Below are positions 18,833 through 27,644 of a stretch of DNA of 64,000 nucleotides, in pieces. The stretch is from IMG/VR virus record IMGVR_UViG_3300033405_000004, positions 93,323 to 157,322 of that record; one strand, written 5' to 3'. Within the stretch, counting starts at the first letter, position 1, and the number at the start of each line of letters is the position of its first letter. The notes below the pieces were generated by a model. The model saw only the letters and a list, made by a program, of their open reading frames with translations, was not told the DNA's origin and did no database searches. A program made the position numbers and the translations under genes. Source of the stretch: a virus.

Positions 18833-19421
18833 GGTTGTCGGGCGCCCGGTGGACCATGTCGTAGCCCTTGAACAGCTGCCTGAACTGCTCTTCGAACGAG
18901 GCCGGCCCCACCCTGAACTCCACGCACCACGCGGCCGGGGTGAACCGCTCGGCCAGCGCGGTCGCGACCTCTAGGCTGGTGCCCTCCGTGTCGACGTTGA
19001 TGAAGTCGGGCTGCCCGCCCCCGAAGGAGGAGTGGTACAGCCTCTCGATTTCGGCCACGCCCACCGGCGAGACGTACACCGGGATGTAGTTGCCGACGTG
19101 CGCCCAGATCCGGCGGAACGCCTCGGAGGTCGTCGAGACGGCGTCGTCGGTCATCTCCAGCTTAATCAGGCCCCCGCCATCGCCCGGGACGACGGCCGCG
19201 TTCACCAGCCGGAGCCTAGGGTTGTGGCCGTGCAGGGCGGCGAGGTCGTGGAACGGCTGCGCGGACGGCTCGACGAGTATGCCGCCCCACCCGTCCTCGA
19301 TCAGCTTCAGGGTGTTGGAGAAAGTGCGGCCGTTGAAGGCCCCCACGTCGATGAGCGTCCCCTCGGCCTTCCCCTCGAAAATCCCGAGGATGTGCTTTTC
19401 TTCGTCGTATTGGCTGTACAT
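18813..19421 (-). CDS. FkbM family methyltransferase
   Basis: IDVGAFNG..SNT..WGGILVEP..INVDTEG. Confidence 0.9.
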   Translation of the reverse strand: MYSQYDEEKHILGIFEGKAEGTLIDVGAFNGRTFSNTLKLIEDGWGGILVEPSAQPFHDLAALHGHNPRLRLVNAAVVPGDGGGLIKLEMTDDAVSTTSEAFRRIWAHVGNYIPVYVSPVGVAEIERLYHSSFGGGQPDFINVDTEGTSLEVATALAERFTPAAWCVEFRVGPASFEEQFRQLFKGYDMVHRAPDNLIFRLR

Positions 19422-19642
19422 CTTGGGTTAAGAACAGGGTGCGCCGGCGGCTTGTCGATCCAGACCTGCCAGCGCGGCCCGAAGGCGGCTTTGAAGCTGG
19501 AGAGGGCCGTGGTTATCGAGTTGAAGTGGTAGCTGTAGCCGTGGCCGGGGCGGCTGCGGGCCCGCATCAGCTCCACGGGGTCGGGGTCGCCGTCGAGCTG
19601 GGCCATTATCTTGCAGAAGGAGGTGGGAGTTGGTGGGTTCAT
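19307..19642 (-). CDS. Hypothetical protein
   Basis: Fills the gap between FkbM and GT9. Its 3' end overlaps FkbM, so it is uncertain. Confidence 0.4.
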   Translation of the reverse strand: MNPPTPTSFCKIMAQLDGDPDPVELMRARSRPGHGYSYHFNSITTALSSFKAAFGPRWQVWIDKPPAHPVLNPRCTANTTKKSTSSGFSRGRPRGRSSTWGPSTAALSPTP

Positions 19643-19659
19643 TTCAGTTCTAAGAACGC

Positions 19660-20895
19660 ATGCCAGAAACTGTTTCGATTTCGGACGGCACGGGTAAGCG
19701 GGCGCCGAGCGCCAGCTGGAAGATCGTGAGCTTCAGCAAGCCGGTCCTCTGGACGAGGACCGAGGAGGAGGTCTGGATGCTGCACCCCCTGCGGCGGTAC
19801 ATCCTCAACGCGGACCAGCTCGAAAGGCTCATGCCCTACATAGAGACCATGTCGGAGCTCAAGGGGTCGCGCCACTACCGGCCCCTGGTGGCCGGGGCGG
19901 CCCTCGCGGGCACCCGCATCCTCGTCTACCGGTACGCCGACCGCGGCGTCGGCGACCACCTCTTCATGACCGGGCCGCTGAACTACCTCCGCCACGTCTC
20001 CGGCAACAGCGCCGACATCACCATGTACGGCCTGACCGACCGCCACCAGATCCTCGCCTTCCACCCCGCCCTCAAGCACGAGGCCGTCCTGGCCGGGCCG
20101 GTGCACTACGACGACCTCCAGTACTACCACTGGCACTGGTTCGTCGAGACCGCCACCGAGTACGACGAGGAGTTCGACCAGCTCAACGTCTACGACTCGC
20201 TCTACCGGCAGATGGGGGTGGACCCGACCACCGTCGACGTCACCTTCAAGCGGCCCTCGATGAAGCTCAACGATAAGGACTACAGGGACCTCGACCAGCT
20301 GTACTACTTCGTCTACTGCAACCGCAAGCTCGACCTGCGCCTCACGCCCTACTACGTGGTCGCCCCGACCTCCTATGCCAGCCTGCGCTCCGCCCCCTAC
20401 GGGCTGTGGCTGGCCGTCATCGCCGAGCTGGCCAAGGTCAGGCCCGTGGTCGCCGTCGGGCGCCCGGGCAAGGGCCGCATGCCCGACACCGACCTGTCGT
20501 TCGGCCAGTTCGTGGGCGACCTGAACAAGATCCCCAACACGGTGAACCTGATGAGCGACATCCCCATCCGCACCGTCGCCGCCCTGGTCTCACGCGCCAT
20601 CTGCGCCGTCACCCTCGACGCCGGCATCCTCTACGTCGCCCAGGCCCTCGGCGTGCCCGCCGTCTCGCTCTGGGGCACCCACGCCCCCGCCGTCCGCCTG
20701 CTGTACGACAAGAAGTACATGGACCTGGCCGTCTGGAACCGCGAGGCCTGCCACAACTCGCCCTGCTTCTCCTACGCCGTCTTCCCGAAGGCGAAGTGCC
20801 CCCGCGGCGAGCTCCAGAAGGTCTGCGAGCCGTTGGCCGCCGTGAAGCCGTCCGACGTCATCGCCAAGGTCACCGAGGCCGAAAAAGCCCGCTAG
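19660..20895 (+). CDS. GT9 (heptosyltransferase-like) glycosyltransferase
   Basis: RGVGDHLF, AVTLDAGILYVAQALGVPAVSLWG, C-x2-PC Cys cluster. Confidence 0.88.
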   Translation: MPETVSISDGTGKRAPSASWKIVSFSKPVLWTRTEEEVWMLHPLRRYILNADQLERLMPYIETMSELKGSRHYRPLVAGAALAGTRILVYRYADRGVGDHLFMTGPLNYLRHVSGNSADITMYGLTDRHQILAFHPALKHEAVLAGPVHYDDLQYYHWHWFVETATEYDEEFDQLNVYDSLYRQMGVDPTTVDVTFKRPSMKLNDKDYRDLDQLYYFVYCNRKLDLRLTPYYVVAPTSYASLRSAPYGLWLAVIAELAKVRPVVAVGRPGKGRMPDTDLSFGQFVGDLNKIPNTVNLMSDIPIRTVAALVSRAICAVTLDAGILYVAQALGVPAVSLWGTHAPAVRLLYDKKYMDLAVWNREACHNSPCFSYAVFPKAKCPRGELQKVCEPLAAVKPSDVIAKVTEAEKAR

Positions 20896-20902
20896 TTAGC
20901 CG

Positions 20903-22069
20903 ATGAGCTACTGCGACATCATCTGCGGCGAGGCGCTCGCCGAGCTGCGCAAGCTGCCCCCTGATTCGGCGCACGCCTGCGTGACGGACCCGCCGTACGG
21001 CCTGAAGTTCATGGGCAAGGACTGGGACCGCGGCGTGCCTGGGTCGGCTTACTGGGCCGAGGCCCTGCGCGTCTGTAGGCCCGGCGCCCACCTCCTCGCG
21101 TTCGGCGGCACGCGCACCTTCCACCGGCTCGCCTGCGCCATCGAGGACGCCGGGTGGGAGATCCGCGACACCCTGATGTGGGTCTACGGCTCCGGCTTCC
21201 CGAAGTCGCTCGACGTGGGCAAGGCCTTCGACAAGGCGGCGGGGGCGAAGGGTGAGGTCGTGGGCGTGCAGAAGGTCGACGTGGGGATGCAGTCGGGCCA
21301 CATGCACAGCGGCAGGCGGTCGGAGGTGGTCGAGCGCGAGGTGCGGGCGCCCGCGACCGACGAGGCCAGGGAGTGGCGCGGCTGGGGCACGGCCCTCAAG
21401 CCCGCCTGGGAGCCGATCTTGCTCGCCCGGAGGCCCCTCGACGGGACCGTGGTGGAGAACGTGCGGAAGTGGGGCTGTGGGGCGCTGAACGTCGACGGGT
21501 GTAGGGTGGGCGAGGAGAGCACCGTTCGCACGAGGAGGGACAGCCTGAGCGCGTCTGGCTGGGCGAGCGTGAACCGCTCGCCAGTGGGCGGGTCGGAGGC
21601 GGGCCGCTGGCCCGCGAACGTGGTGCACGATGGCAGCGAGGAGGTTCTGGCGGGCTTCCCCCGCACTAGGAGCGGCAGCGATACCGTCAAGCGGGAGAGC
21701 GGGGCCGACCGCGACGGCAACCGGGGCGCGGCCTACGGGGCCGAGAGCCGGCCCGCCGGGTCGCCGATGGTCTTCTACGGCGACGAGGGCTCCGCCGCCC
21801 GCTTCTTCTACTGCGCTAAGCCGAGCCCCTCCGAGCGGGAGGGCAACCCCCACCCGACCGTCAAGCCGCTGGCCCTGATGGAGTGGCTGCTGCGACTCGT
21901 CTCCAGGGAGGGCGACACCGTGGTCGACCCGTTCGCCGGGAGCGGCACCACGGGCGTCGCGGCCTACCGGCTGGGGCGGAACGCCGTTCTCATAGACAAG
22001 AGCCGCGCCGACTACGAGACCATGAAGGCCCGCATGGCCAAGGCCGGGGCGGCCCTCGAACCCATTTGA
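20903..22069 (+). CDS. DNA N6-adenine/N4-cytosine methyltransferase (beta class)
   Basis: TDPPYG ... HPTVKP ... DPFAGSGTTG. Confidence 0.93.
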   Translation: MSYCDIICGEALAELRKLPPDSAHACVTDPPYGLKFMGKDWDRGVPGSAYWAEALRVCRPGAHLLAFGGTRTFHRLACAIEDAGWEIRDTLMWVYGSGFPKSLDVGKAFDKAAGAKGEVVGVQKVDVGMQSGHMHSGRRSEVVEREVRAPATDEAREWRGWGTALKPAWEPILLARRPLDGTVVENVRKWGCGALNVDGCRVGEESTVRTRRDSLSASGWASVNRSPVGGSEAGRWPANVVHDGSEEVLAGFPRTRSGSDTVKRESGADRDGNRGAAYGAESRPAGSPMVFYGDEGSAARFFYCAKPSPSEREGNPHPTVKPLALMEWLLRLVSREGDTVVDPFAGSGTTGVAAYRLGRNAVLIDKSRADYETMKARMAKAGAALEPI

Positions 22070-22071
22070 AG

Positions 22072-23373
22072 ATGTGGATACTCCCGCGCCACTTACACAC
22101 CTCAGCCTTTGTTCGGGATACGAGGGCATTGGTCTCGGACTTGAGCGAGCTGTCCCAGGCCTGCGCACAGTCGCTCTTTGTGAGATCGAAGCCTTTGCCT
22201 GCGCGAACCTGGTCGCAAAAATGGAGGCGGGACTCCTGGACCCGGTTCCTCTCTGGACGGATCTGCGCACCTTCCCATTCACAGAGTTTCACGGACTCGT
22301 GGGCGTCCTGTCAGGCGGCTTCCCTTGCCAGCCCTTCAGCGCCTGCGGCAGGCAGGCCGCCGACCACGACCCCCGGCACCTCTTCCCCGCCATCCTCGAA
22401 GGGGTCGAGCGGTGCCAGCCCGCCCTCGTCTTCCTTGAGAACGTGCCCGGGATTGTCTCCGCCAAGCTCAAGGGGGATGGCTGGTCGGACCCCGCCGGGA
22501 CCCCCGTTCTGCTCCATGTCCTCCGAGAGCTGGAGCGCGTGGGTTACCGCGTCGCGTGCGGACTATTCAGCTCGGCTGAAACGGGCGGCAGCCACCGGCG
22601 CGAGCGCATCTATATCCTGGCCCACCGCCTCGGCGCGGGACTGGAAGGATTCGCCCGGCATGTCGACGGAGCGGCGGAGGGGCGTGGACCAGCTGGCGAG
22701 GGTCGTCTACCACCAAGTCCCGCCGGGCCCGGGGGGCGGCAGCTCTGGTGGGAGCCCCCCAGGACTCTGGCAAACGCCAAGCACGGACAGCTTTCGAAGC
22801 CGGGGCCGGGACCGGAAGGACGAGATGGGCCTGGACCAGCAGGTGAGGTACGGCCCGGCGAGGTGGGCGACGCCCAGGGCGGAGGACGCGGAGAGCGCGG
22901 GCCGCAGGGTCGAGCGGGGGACGGCGGACACGCTGACGGCCCAGGTGAGGGAAATGTGGCCGACGCCGAAGGTCATGGACGCGGAGCGGTCGTCGCTCCA
23001 GACGCAGGCGAAGTACGTGGCCCGGACCGGGCGGCAGACGAACCTGAGGGCGGCGGTGGGCATGAGCCTGTGGCCGACGCCGAGGACGCCGACGGGCGGG
23101 GCGGAGTCGGCGGGGAGGAAGCAGGAGCTGGGGCGGGACGCGTCGGGCGGGGGCGACCTGACGAGCGAGGTGAGGAGGTGGCCGACGCCGATCCACGGCT
23201 GCGCGGAGGCGAGCCACGGCCAGATCAGCGGCCAGTATCGCGACGCGATGACGGCGGCGGGGGTCCCCGCGGGGAGGCTGAACCCGCGGTGGGTGGAGGT
23301 CTTGATGAGGGTGCCGGTGGGCTGGTGCCTGCCGAGCTGTTCGTATCCGTGGACTCCCGGACCGACGAGCTGA
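22072..23373 (+). CDS. Overlapping-frame beta chain of the C5 methyltransferase (WPTP repeats plus motif IX), true start uncertain
   Basis: Six W(P/Q/A)T(P/A) repeats and GRLNPRWVEVLMRVPVGW, in a second frame open for 1.3 kb. Confidence 0.75.
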   Translation: MWILPRHLHTSAFVRDTRALVSDLSELSQACAQSLFVRSKPLPARTWSQKWRRDSWTRFLSGRICAPSHSQSFTDSWASCQAASLASPSAPAAGRPPTTTPGTSSPPSSKGSSGASPPSSSLRTCPGLSPPSSRGMAGRTPPGPPFCSMSSESWSAWVTASRADYSARLKRAAATGASASISWPTASARDWKDSPGMSTERRRGVDQLARVVYHQVPPGPGGGSSGGSPPGLWQTPSTDSFRSRGRDRKDEMGLDQQVRYGPARWATPRAEDAESAGRRVERGTADTLTAQVREMWPTPKVMDAERSSLQTQAKYVARTGRQTNLRAAVGMSLWPTPRTPTGGAESAGRKQELGRDASGGGDLTSEVRRWPTPIHGCAEASHGQISGQYRDAMTAAGVPAGRLNPRWVEVLMRVPVGWCLPSCSYPWTPGPTS

Positions 23374-23456
23374 GGCTCCTGGGCAACGGAGTCGACCCGG
23401 TCGTGGCTGAGCACGCGTTCAGGACGCTGCTGGCCCGGCTGCTGGAGGGGCCGTGA
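22074..23456 (+). CDS. DNA C5-cytosine methyltransferase, alpha chain (motifs I-VIII and X)
   Basis: LSLCSGYEG, GGFPCQPFS, FLENVPG, HRRERIY, LRLLGNGV. Motif IX is missing from this frame. Confidence 0.88.
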   Translation: MDTPAPLTHLSLCSGYEGIGLGLERAVPGLRTVALCEIEAFACANLVAKMEAGLLDPVPLWTDLRTFPFTEFHGLVGVLSGGFPCQPFSACGRQAADHDPRHLFPAILEGVERCQPALVFLENVPGIVSAKLKGDGWSDPAGTPVLLHVLRELERVGYRVACGLFSSAETGGSHRRERIYILAHRLGAGLEGFARHVDGAAEGRGPAGEGRLPPSPAGPGGRQLWWEPPRTLANAKHGQLSKPGPGPEGRDGPGPAGEVRPGEVGDAQGGGRGERGPQGRAGDGGHADGPGEGNVADAEGHGRGAVVAPDAGEVRGPDRAADEPEGGGGHEPVADAEDADGRGGVGGEEAGAGAGRVGRGRPDERGEEVADADPRLRGGEPRPDQRPVSRRDDGGGGPRGEAEPAVGGGLDEGAGGLVPAELFVSVDSRTDELRLLGNGVDPVVAEHAFRTLLARLLEGP

Positions 23457-24658
23457 TCGCCGAGGTCTGCGTGGACACGGCGTACGTGCAGGACACTGGG
23501 GTCTACTACCGGGTGGTCTCCATGGCGCCGGGCGCGATCGTGGTCTCCGAGCGGTGCGGCGACGGCGCCGGCCTGGAGATGCCGCTGGAGGAGTTCAAGC
23601 GGCGGTTCGCCGCCCTGGACCTGCAGGAGGAGGCCAAGCTGCGGTGGGCGGAGAAGGCCCTCAGGAGGAGGGGCCTCCCGGCCGACCGGGAGACGGTGAG
23701 GGGCATCTGGCGGCGCCCGCTGGAGGACCCCCCGGCGCCCGAAGTCGACAAGGCTAGCCAGCCGCCCGACGGCCCGCCGCGGCGGGAGAGGGAGGAGTCC
23801 GACCAGTCCGCGGGCGGCCGTGGCGGCGCTAGGTCGCCGGACATTGGCGTGCTGGTGACGCCCTCCAAGTCGGACGACCTGGCCGGCCTCGTGCTGAGCG
23901 AGTCCACCCGCCAGGAGCTGGACGACGCCCTGCGCCTCATCCTCCGGCGCGAGGACTTCGAGGCCGTCTGGAGGCTCGGCGAGATCTTCCCGTTCAAGAA
24001 CCGCTGCGCCCTGAACTTCTACGGCGAGCCTGGCACCGGCAAGACCACGGCGGCGCGCGGCCTGGCGCTGCGCCTGGGGCGCCAGCTCTACCAGGTCGAC
24101 TACGCCAAGCTCACCAGCAAGTGGGTCGGCGAGACCGACAAGTACATCAAGTTCGCCTTCGAATACGCGCACCGGGCCATGGCGGTCCTCTTCTTCGACG
24201 AGGCCGACAGCGTCCTCAGCCGGCGCATGACCGACCCCGACCAGTCGTGGGCCGTCGCCCTCAACCAGCAGCGGAACGTCCTGATGCAGGAGCTTGACAG
24301 GTTCGACGGCATCGTGGTCTTCTCCACCAACCTCTTCTCCGCCTACGACTCGGCTGTCGTGCGCCGGATCTCCCACCACGTGGAGTTCCCCATGCCCGAC
24401 CAAGGCATGAGACTTCGCCTGTTCCGGCGTCACCTGCCTAACCCGGACCGGGCCGTGCTCAGCCAGGCGCAGTGGGACCGCCTGGCCCTCGACAGCCGCG
24501 GCCTCTCCGGGGGCGACATCCTGAACGCCTGCGTCAACGCCATGGTGCGGGCGAGCGCCCCGGCCGACGTCGCCGACTGGAAGCTCACCTTCAAGCTGCT
24601 CGACGACGAGGCCAGGAGGGTGCTGCGCACCAAGCTCGCCGCGGCGGGCCATAGTTAG
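23453..24658 (+). CDS. AAA+ ATPase
   Basis: YGEPGTGKT, SKWVGETDK, LFFDEAD, STN..D.AVVRRI. Confidence 0.92.
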   Translation: MIAEVCVDTAYVQDTGVYYRVVSMAPGAIVVSERCGDGAGLEMPLEEFKRRFAALDLQEEAKLRWAEKALRRRGLPADRETVRGIWRRPLEDPPAPEVDKASQPPDGPPRREREESDQSAGGRGGARSPDIGVLVTPSKSDDLAGLVLSESTRQELDDALRLILRREDFEAVWRLGEIFPFKNRCALNFYGEPGTGKTTAARGLALRLGRQLYQVDYAKLTSKWVGETDKYIKFAFEYAHRAMAVLFFDEADSVLSRRMTDPDQSWAVALNQQRNVLMQELDRFDGIVVFSTNLFSAYDSAVVRRISHHVEFPMPDQGMRLRLFRRHLPNPDRAVLSQAQWDRLALDSRGLSGGDILNACVNAMVRASAPADVADWKLTFKLLDDEARRVLRTKLAAAGHS

Positions 24659-24661
24659 TTC

Positions 24662-24970
24662 GTGGCACAGCAGAAGGTACAGCTCCCGGCCAACTCGGCC
24701 TACGTCACGACGCCCATCTACCAGCAGCCCGACGGCACCGTCGTCTTCGGGCTCCTGCAGCTCGCCACCCCGCCGGACCCGAGCGACCGCCTCTACACCG
24801 TCCCGGCCCAGTTCGAGGACAGGCTGGACCTGATCAGCAACGGCATGTACGGCCTGCCCGACTTCTGGTGGGCGATCGCGGAGGCCAACGGCCTGGTGGA
24901 CCCGCTCATGGAGGCCTCCGAGGGCGTCCAGATCCGCATCCCGCTCAAGTCGAGGCTGCCGAGCACCTGA
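24662..24970 (+). CDS. Baseplate gp53/LysM-like protein
   Basis: DRLDLISNGMYGLPDFWWAIAEANG. TAGTTA-N4-GTG start. Confidence 0.78.
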   Translation: MAQQKVQLPANSAYVTTPIYQQPDGTVVFGLLQLATPPDPSDRLYTVPAQFEDRLDLISNGMYGLPDFWWAIAEANGLVDPLMEASEGVQIRIPLKSRLPST

Positions 24971-25370
24971 GCGCGCGGCGCACCCGCCCCACGGCCCTCC
25001 TGCCCGTGCCGCCGAGCTGGCACTCCCAGATCGTGACCACCCGGTAGCCGAGCCTGCGAAGCTCGGCGGCCACCCGGCGGTCGCGGCGCCGGTTGTTCGC
25101 GATCTTGTCCTGCCAGAAGCCGGTGTGCGTCTTCGGGGTCTTGGAGTGTCGCGGGCAGCCGTGCTAGAAGCAGCCGTGCACGAAGACGCAGACGCGCTGC
25201 TCGCGGAACGTGAAGTCGGGCGTGCCCGGCAGGGGCGACTGGGGCGACCACTTCGGCAGCCCGGCCTCCTGCATGAGCGTGGCCAGCCTGACCTCCGTCG
25301 TCTTGTTCCCGCTGCTGCGGATGCGGGACATTATCTCGGAGCGCTTCTGCGGGCTGACGGTGTCGGCCAT
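24945..25370 (-). pseudogene. vsr: Very-short-patch repair endonuclease interrupted by an in-frame TAG
   Basis: MADTVSPQKRSEIMSRIR..LPGTPDF..FVHGCF*HGCP..FWQDKIANNRRRD..LGYRVVTIWEC. TAG at 25164-25166 replaces the conserved Trp. Confidence 0.88.
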
Positions 25371-25387
25371 GGTGGAAGTTGTAAACA

Positions 25388-26188
25388 TTAAACGTCCGGG
25401 ACGGCAAGCTCACACCGTCGGCAGATTGGGTCCCCACTGGCGTCGTCCCGCTGCGCCTCGCGGACGCGCCGGTAGGCCTCACCCCTGAACAGTTCGGGGT
25501 AGCCCGTCGCGGTCAGGTTGCCGAGGATGTGCTCCATCCCGTAGTCCATGCAGCACAGGACCACGTCCCCGTTCGGGAGCAGGACGTTGTGGTCCAGCTC
25601 CGGGCCGCATGCCGAGCACTTGATCCTGCCAGCCCGCCAGGGAACCGCCTTCCCCTTCAGGTTGCCGGCCCGGCCTACGATGCCGCCCAGGTCGCTCGGC
25701 ACATCCCGGCCCAGCGCCTCCCGCACCCTGGGGTGGAGCCTGCCGATCACCGTGACGTGGCTCCCGGCGGGGTGGGCCAGCGCGAGCCGCAGCACCGCCA
25801 GGTAGTCGTCCGTGACCTCCAGCTTCATCATGCCGTCCGCGTCGGGCAGGTGCACGCAGAGGCACAGGAGCGGCACGTGCCAAATGCGGGCCAGGTCCGC
25901 CGGCTTCATGCCGAAGGTCGTGGTGTAGACGCCGACCCGGTAGCCCGAGTCGTGGGCGTGCAGCAGCATGTCCGTGGCCCGCGGGTTCAGCCATGGCTCG
26001 GCCATCCCGGCGAACAGGATCTCCACCCCCTTGGGGACGCCGGCCAGGCATCGCGCGAAGGTGTCGAAGGACATCTCTCGGGGGCCGCCCACCCTCGCGT
26101 AGGCGCGCACGTGGGTCGCCTGCGGGCAGTAGTCGCAGGCCATCCTGCAGCCCACCGTCGTGGACACTTCGAGGTTGGGTTTCGGCAC
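25388..26188 (-). CDS. Radical SAM protein with a SPASM/twitch domain
   Basis: CRMACDYC, GMAEP, NGDVVLCC, ICRRC. Confidence 0.9.
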   Translation of the reverse strand: MPKPNLEVSTTVGCRMACDYCPQATHVRAYARVGGPREMSFDTFARCLAGVPKGVEILFAGMAEPWLNPRATDMLLHAHDSGYRVGVYTTTFGMKPADLARIWHVPLLCLCVHLPDADGMMKLEVTDDYLAVLRLALAHPAGSHVTVIGRLHPRVREALGRDVPSDLGGIVGRAGNLKGKAVPWRAGRIKCSACGPELDHNVLLPNGDVVLCCMDYGMEHILGNLTATGYPELFRGEAYRRVREAQRDDASGDPICRRCELAVPDV

Positions 26189-26205
26189 GCCATAAGTAGT
26201 TCTAT

Positions 26206-26871
26206 GTGGAGAGCGAAATGAACATCCCGTTGTCCGTCTTGATCCCCGCCGTGCTGGAGCGCGACGCCCGCCGGCTCTACGAGAAGCTCATGGCCCAGGC
26301 CGAGCCGTTCGGGGCCGAGGTGCTCGTCTTCCTCGACAACCGCAAGCGGTCCACCGGCCTCAAGGACCAGGCGCTGCTGAACGCCGCCCTGGGCAGGTAC
26401 GTCATGCTCGTCGACGACGACGACGACGTGGCGGACGACTGCGTGGCCGCCATCGCCGGCGTGATCGACGCCCAGGCCCGCGGGTCGACCGGCCCCAGCC
26501 CGGTGTTCACGGGGGAGGTCGACGTCATCTCGTTCGACTCCCAGGCGACGCTCAACCTGCACGACGACTCCCCCAAGAACCCCTTCGTCGTCCACACCAG
26601 CCTCGCCTTCGAGAACGAGCAGCTGCGAGCCGTGAGCGGGCAGTGGGTGGACATCGGGCGCAAGCCCTGGCAGTGGTGCGCCTGGCGGCGCGAGCTCGCC
26701 CAGTCGGCCTCGTTCCCCGACGGGTACATCGACCCCGACGCCTATTGGCTCAGGCAGCTGTGGGCCAAGGCCAAGACCGAGTATCACATCGACCGGGTGC
26801 TCCACTTTTACCATTACGATAACCAAAAATCGCTTTCGAACCGGGGGAAGCCGGCCGTCTCACCTTCATGA
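26206..26871 (+). CDS. Glycosyltransferase family 2
   Basis: LSVLIP, GRYVMLVDDDD, D..W..Q, LHFY. The start could be ATG 26218. Confidence 0.88.
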   Translation: MESEMNIPLSVLIPAVLERDARRLYEKLMAQAEPFGAEVLVFLDNRKRSTGLKDQALLNAALGRYVMLVDDDDDVADDCVAAIAGVIDAQARGSTGPSPVFTGEVDVISFDSQATLNLHDDSPKNPFVVHTSLAFENEQLRAVSGQWVDIGRKPWQWCAWRRELAQSASFPDGYIDPDAYWLRQLWAKAKTEYHIDRVLHFYHYDNQKSLSNRGKPAVSPS

Positions 26872-27041
26872 GCCTGTCCAAGTTCGTCAACGTCCTGTGC
26901 TTCGTGGCCGTGGTCTCATTCACGGCCGTCGTTCTGGCGGCGACCATCGTCGACCGCCACTCCACCTGGCGGGAGTACCTGTTCACCGCCTTCCTGATGG
27001 CCGTTTCGACCTTCGTCGGCCGCGCCGTCTTCAAAAGCTAA
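26868..27041 (+). CDS. Small 2-TM membrane protein
   Basis: ATGA coupling, MSLSKFVNVLCFVAVVSF... Confidence 0.55.
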   Translation: MSLSKFVNVLCFVAVVSFTAVVLAATIVDRHSTWREYLFTAFLMAVSTFVGRAVFKS

Positions 27042-27045
27042 TCGC

Positions 27046-27219
27046 ATGAAAGTAAAAGTTGGCAGCAAAATCTACGACGGCAACGACCAGCCAGTGATGG
27101 TCATTCTGTCCAAGAAGGATAAGTTCAACATCGCGCACATGCCTCCGCGCGTTAGGTGTTACTGTAGCTTTCCTGACGGTATGGACGCCAAGAAAGTCCT
27201 GCAATGGATGAAGAGATGA
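27046..27219 (+). CDS. Hypothetical protein (MKVKVGSKIYDGNDQPVMVIL...)
   Basis: 57-aa ORF, coupled by ATGA to the next gene. Confidence 0.6.
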   Translation: MKVKVGSKIYDGNDQPVMVILSKKDKFNIAHMPPRVRCYCSFPDGMDAKKVLQWMKR

Positions 27220-27599
27220 AGGTCACCCTGATCCGCGCCGACGTCACCAGCCTGAACGGGCGATGCTACCCGAAGGGCGTGCTGGAGCAGGCGCTCCTGA
27301 AGATGCCGCGCGAGATGTTCGGCACCGTCGGGTTCCTCGAATATGGCGAGCCGGTCACCCTGGAGAACGCCGCCTTCAGGGCCAGCGGCTTCGCCACCAA
27401 CGAGCGGGGCGACGTCGTCGCGGAGATCGCCGTCCTGGACACCGCCCCCGGGCGCAAGCTCTGCGAGCTGATCGAGAACAAGATCGACGTCGTGTTCCGC
27501 GCCGCCGGCACCGGCAGGCTGGAGGGGGCGGAGGTCAGGGAGTTCGAGATCACCGGCATCGCCATGCTGCCGAAGGAGAGGGACGCTTTCAACTTGTAA
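27216..27599 (+). CDS. T4 gp21-like prohead protease paralogue, catalytic residues absent
   Basis: ADVTSLNGRCYPKGVL, VLDTAPGRKLCELIE, VFRAAGTG. Confidence 0.7.
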   Translation: MKVTLIRADVTSLNGRCYPKGVLEQALLKMPREMFGTVGFLEYGEPVTLENAAFRASGFATNERGDVVAEIAVLDTAPGRKLCELIENKIDVVFRAAGTGRLEGAEVREFEITGIAMLPKERDAFNL

Positions 27600-27644
27600 G
27601 TCTAAAACTTTTCAGCCACAGTGTGGCTCGTTCTTTCCAACCCC

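Noticed and set aside
22618-23200. Repeated TGGCCGACGCCG units as a CRISPR array or DGR repeat
   Set aside because: The units are short, irregularly spaced and in frame as WPTP peptide repeats. No cas or reverse transcriptase gene is present.
25164-25166. Genome-wide TAG recoding suggested by the in-frame amber in vsr
   Set aside because: Many genes end cleanly at TAG (e.g. 1191, 20895, 24658) and I saw no other conserved gene interrupted by TAG.
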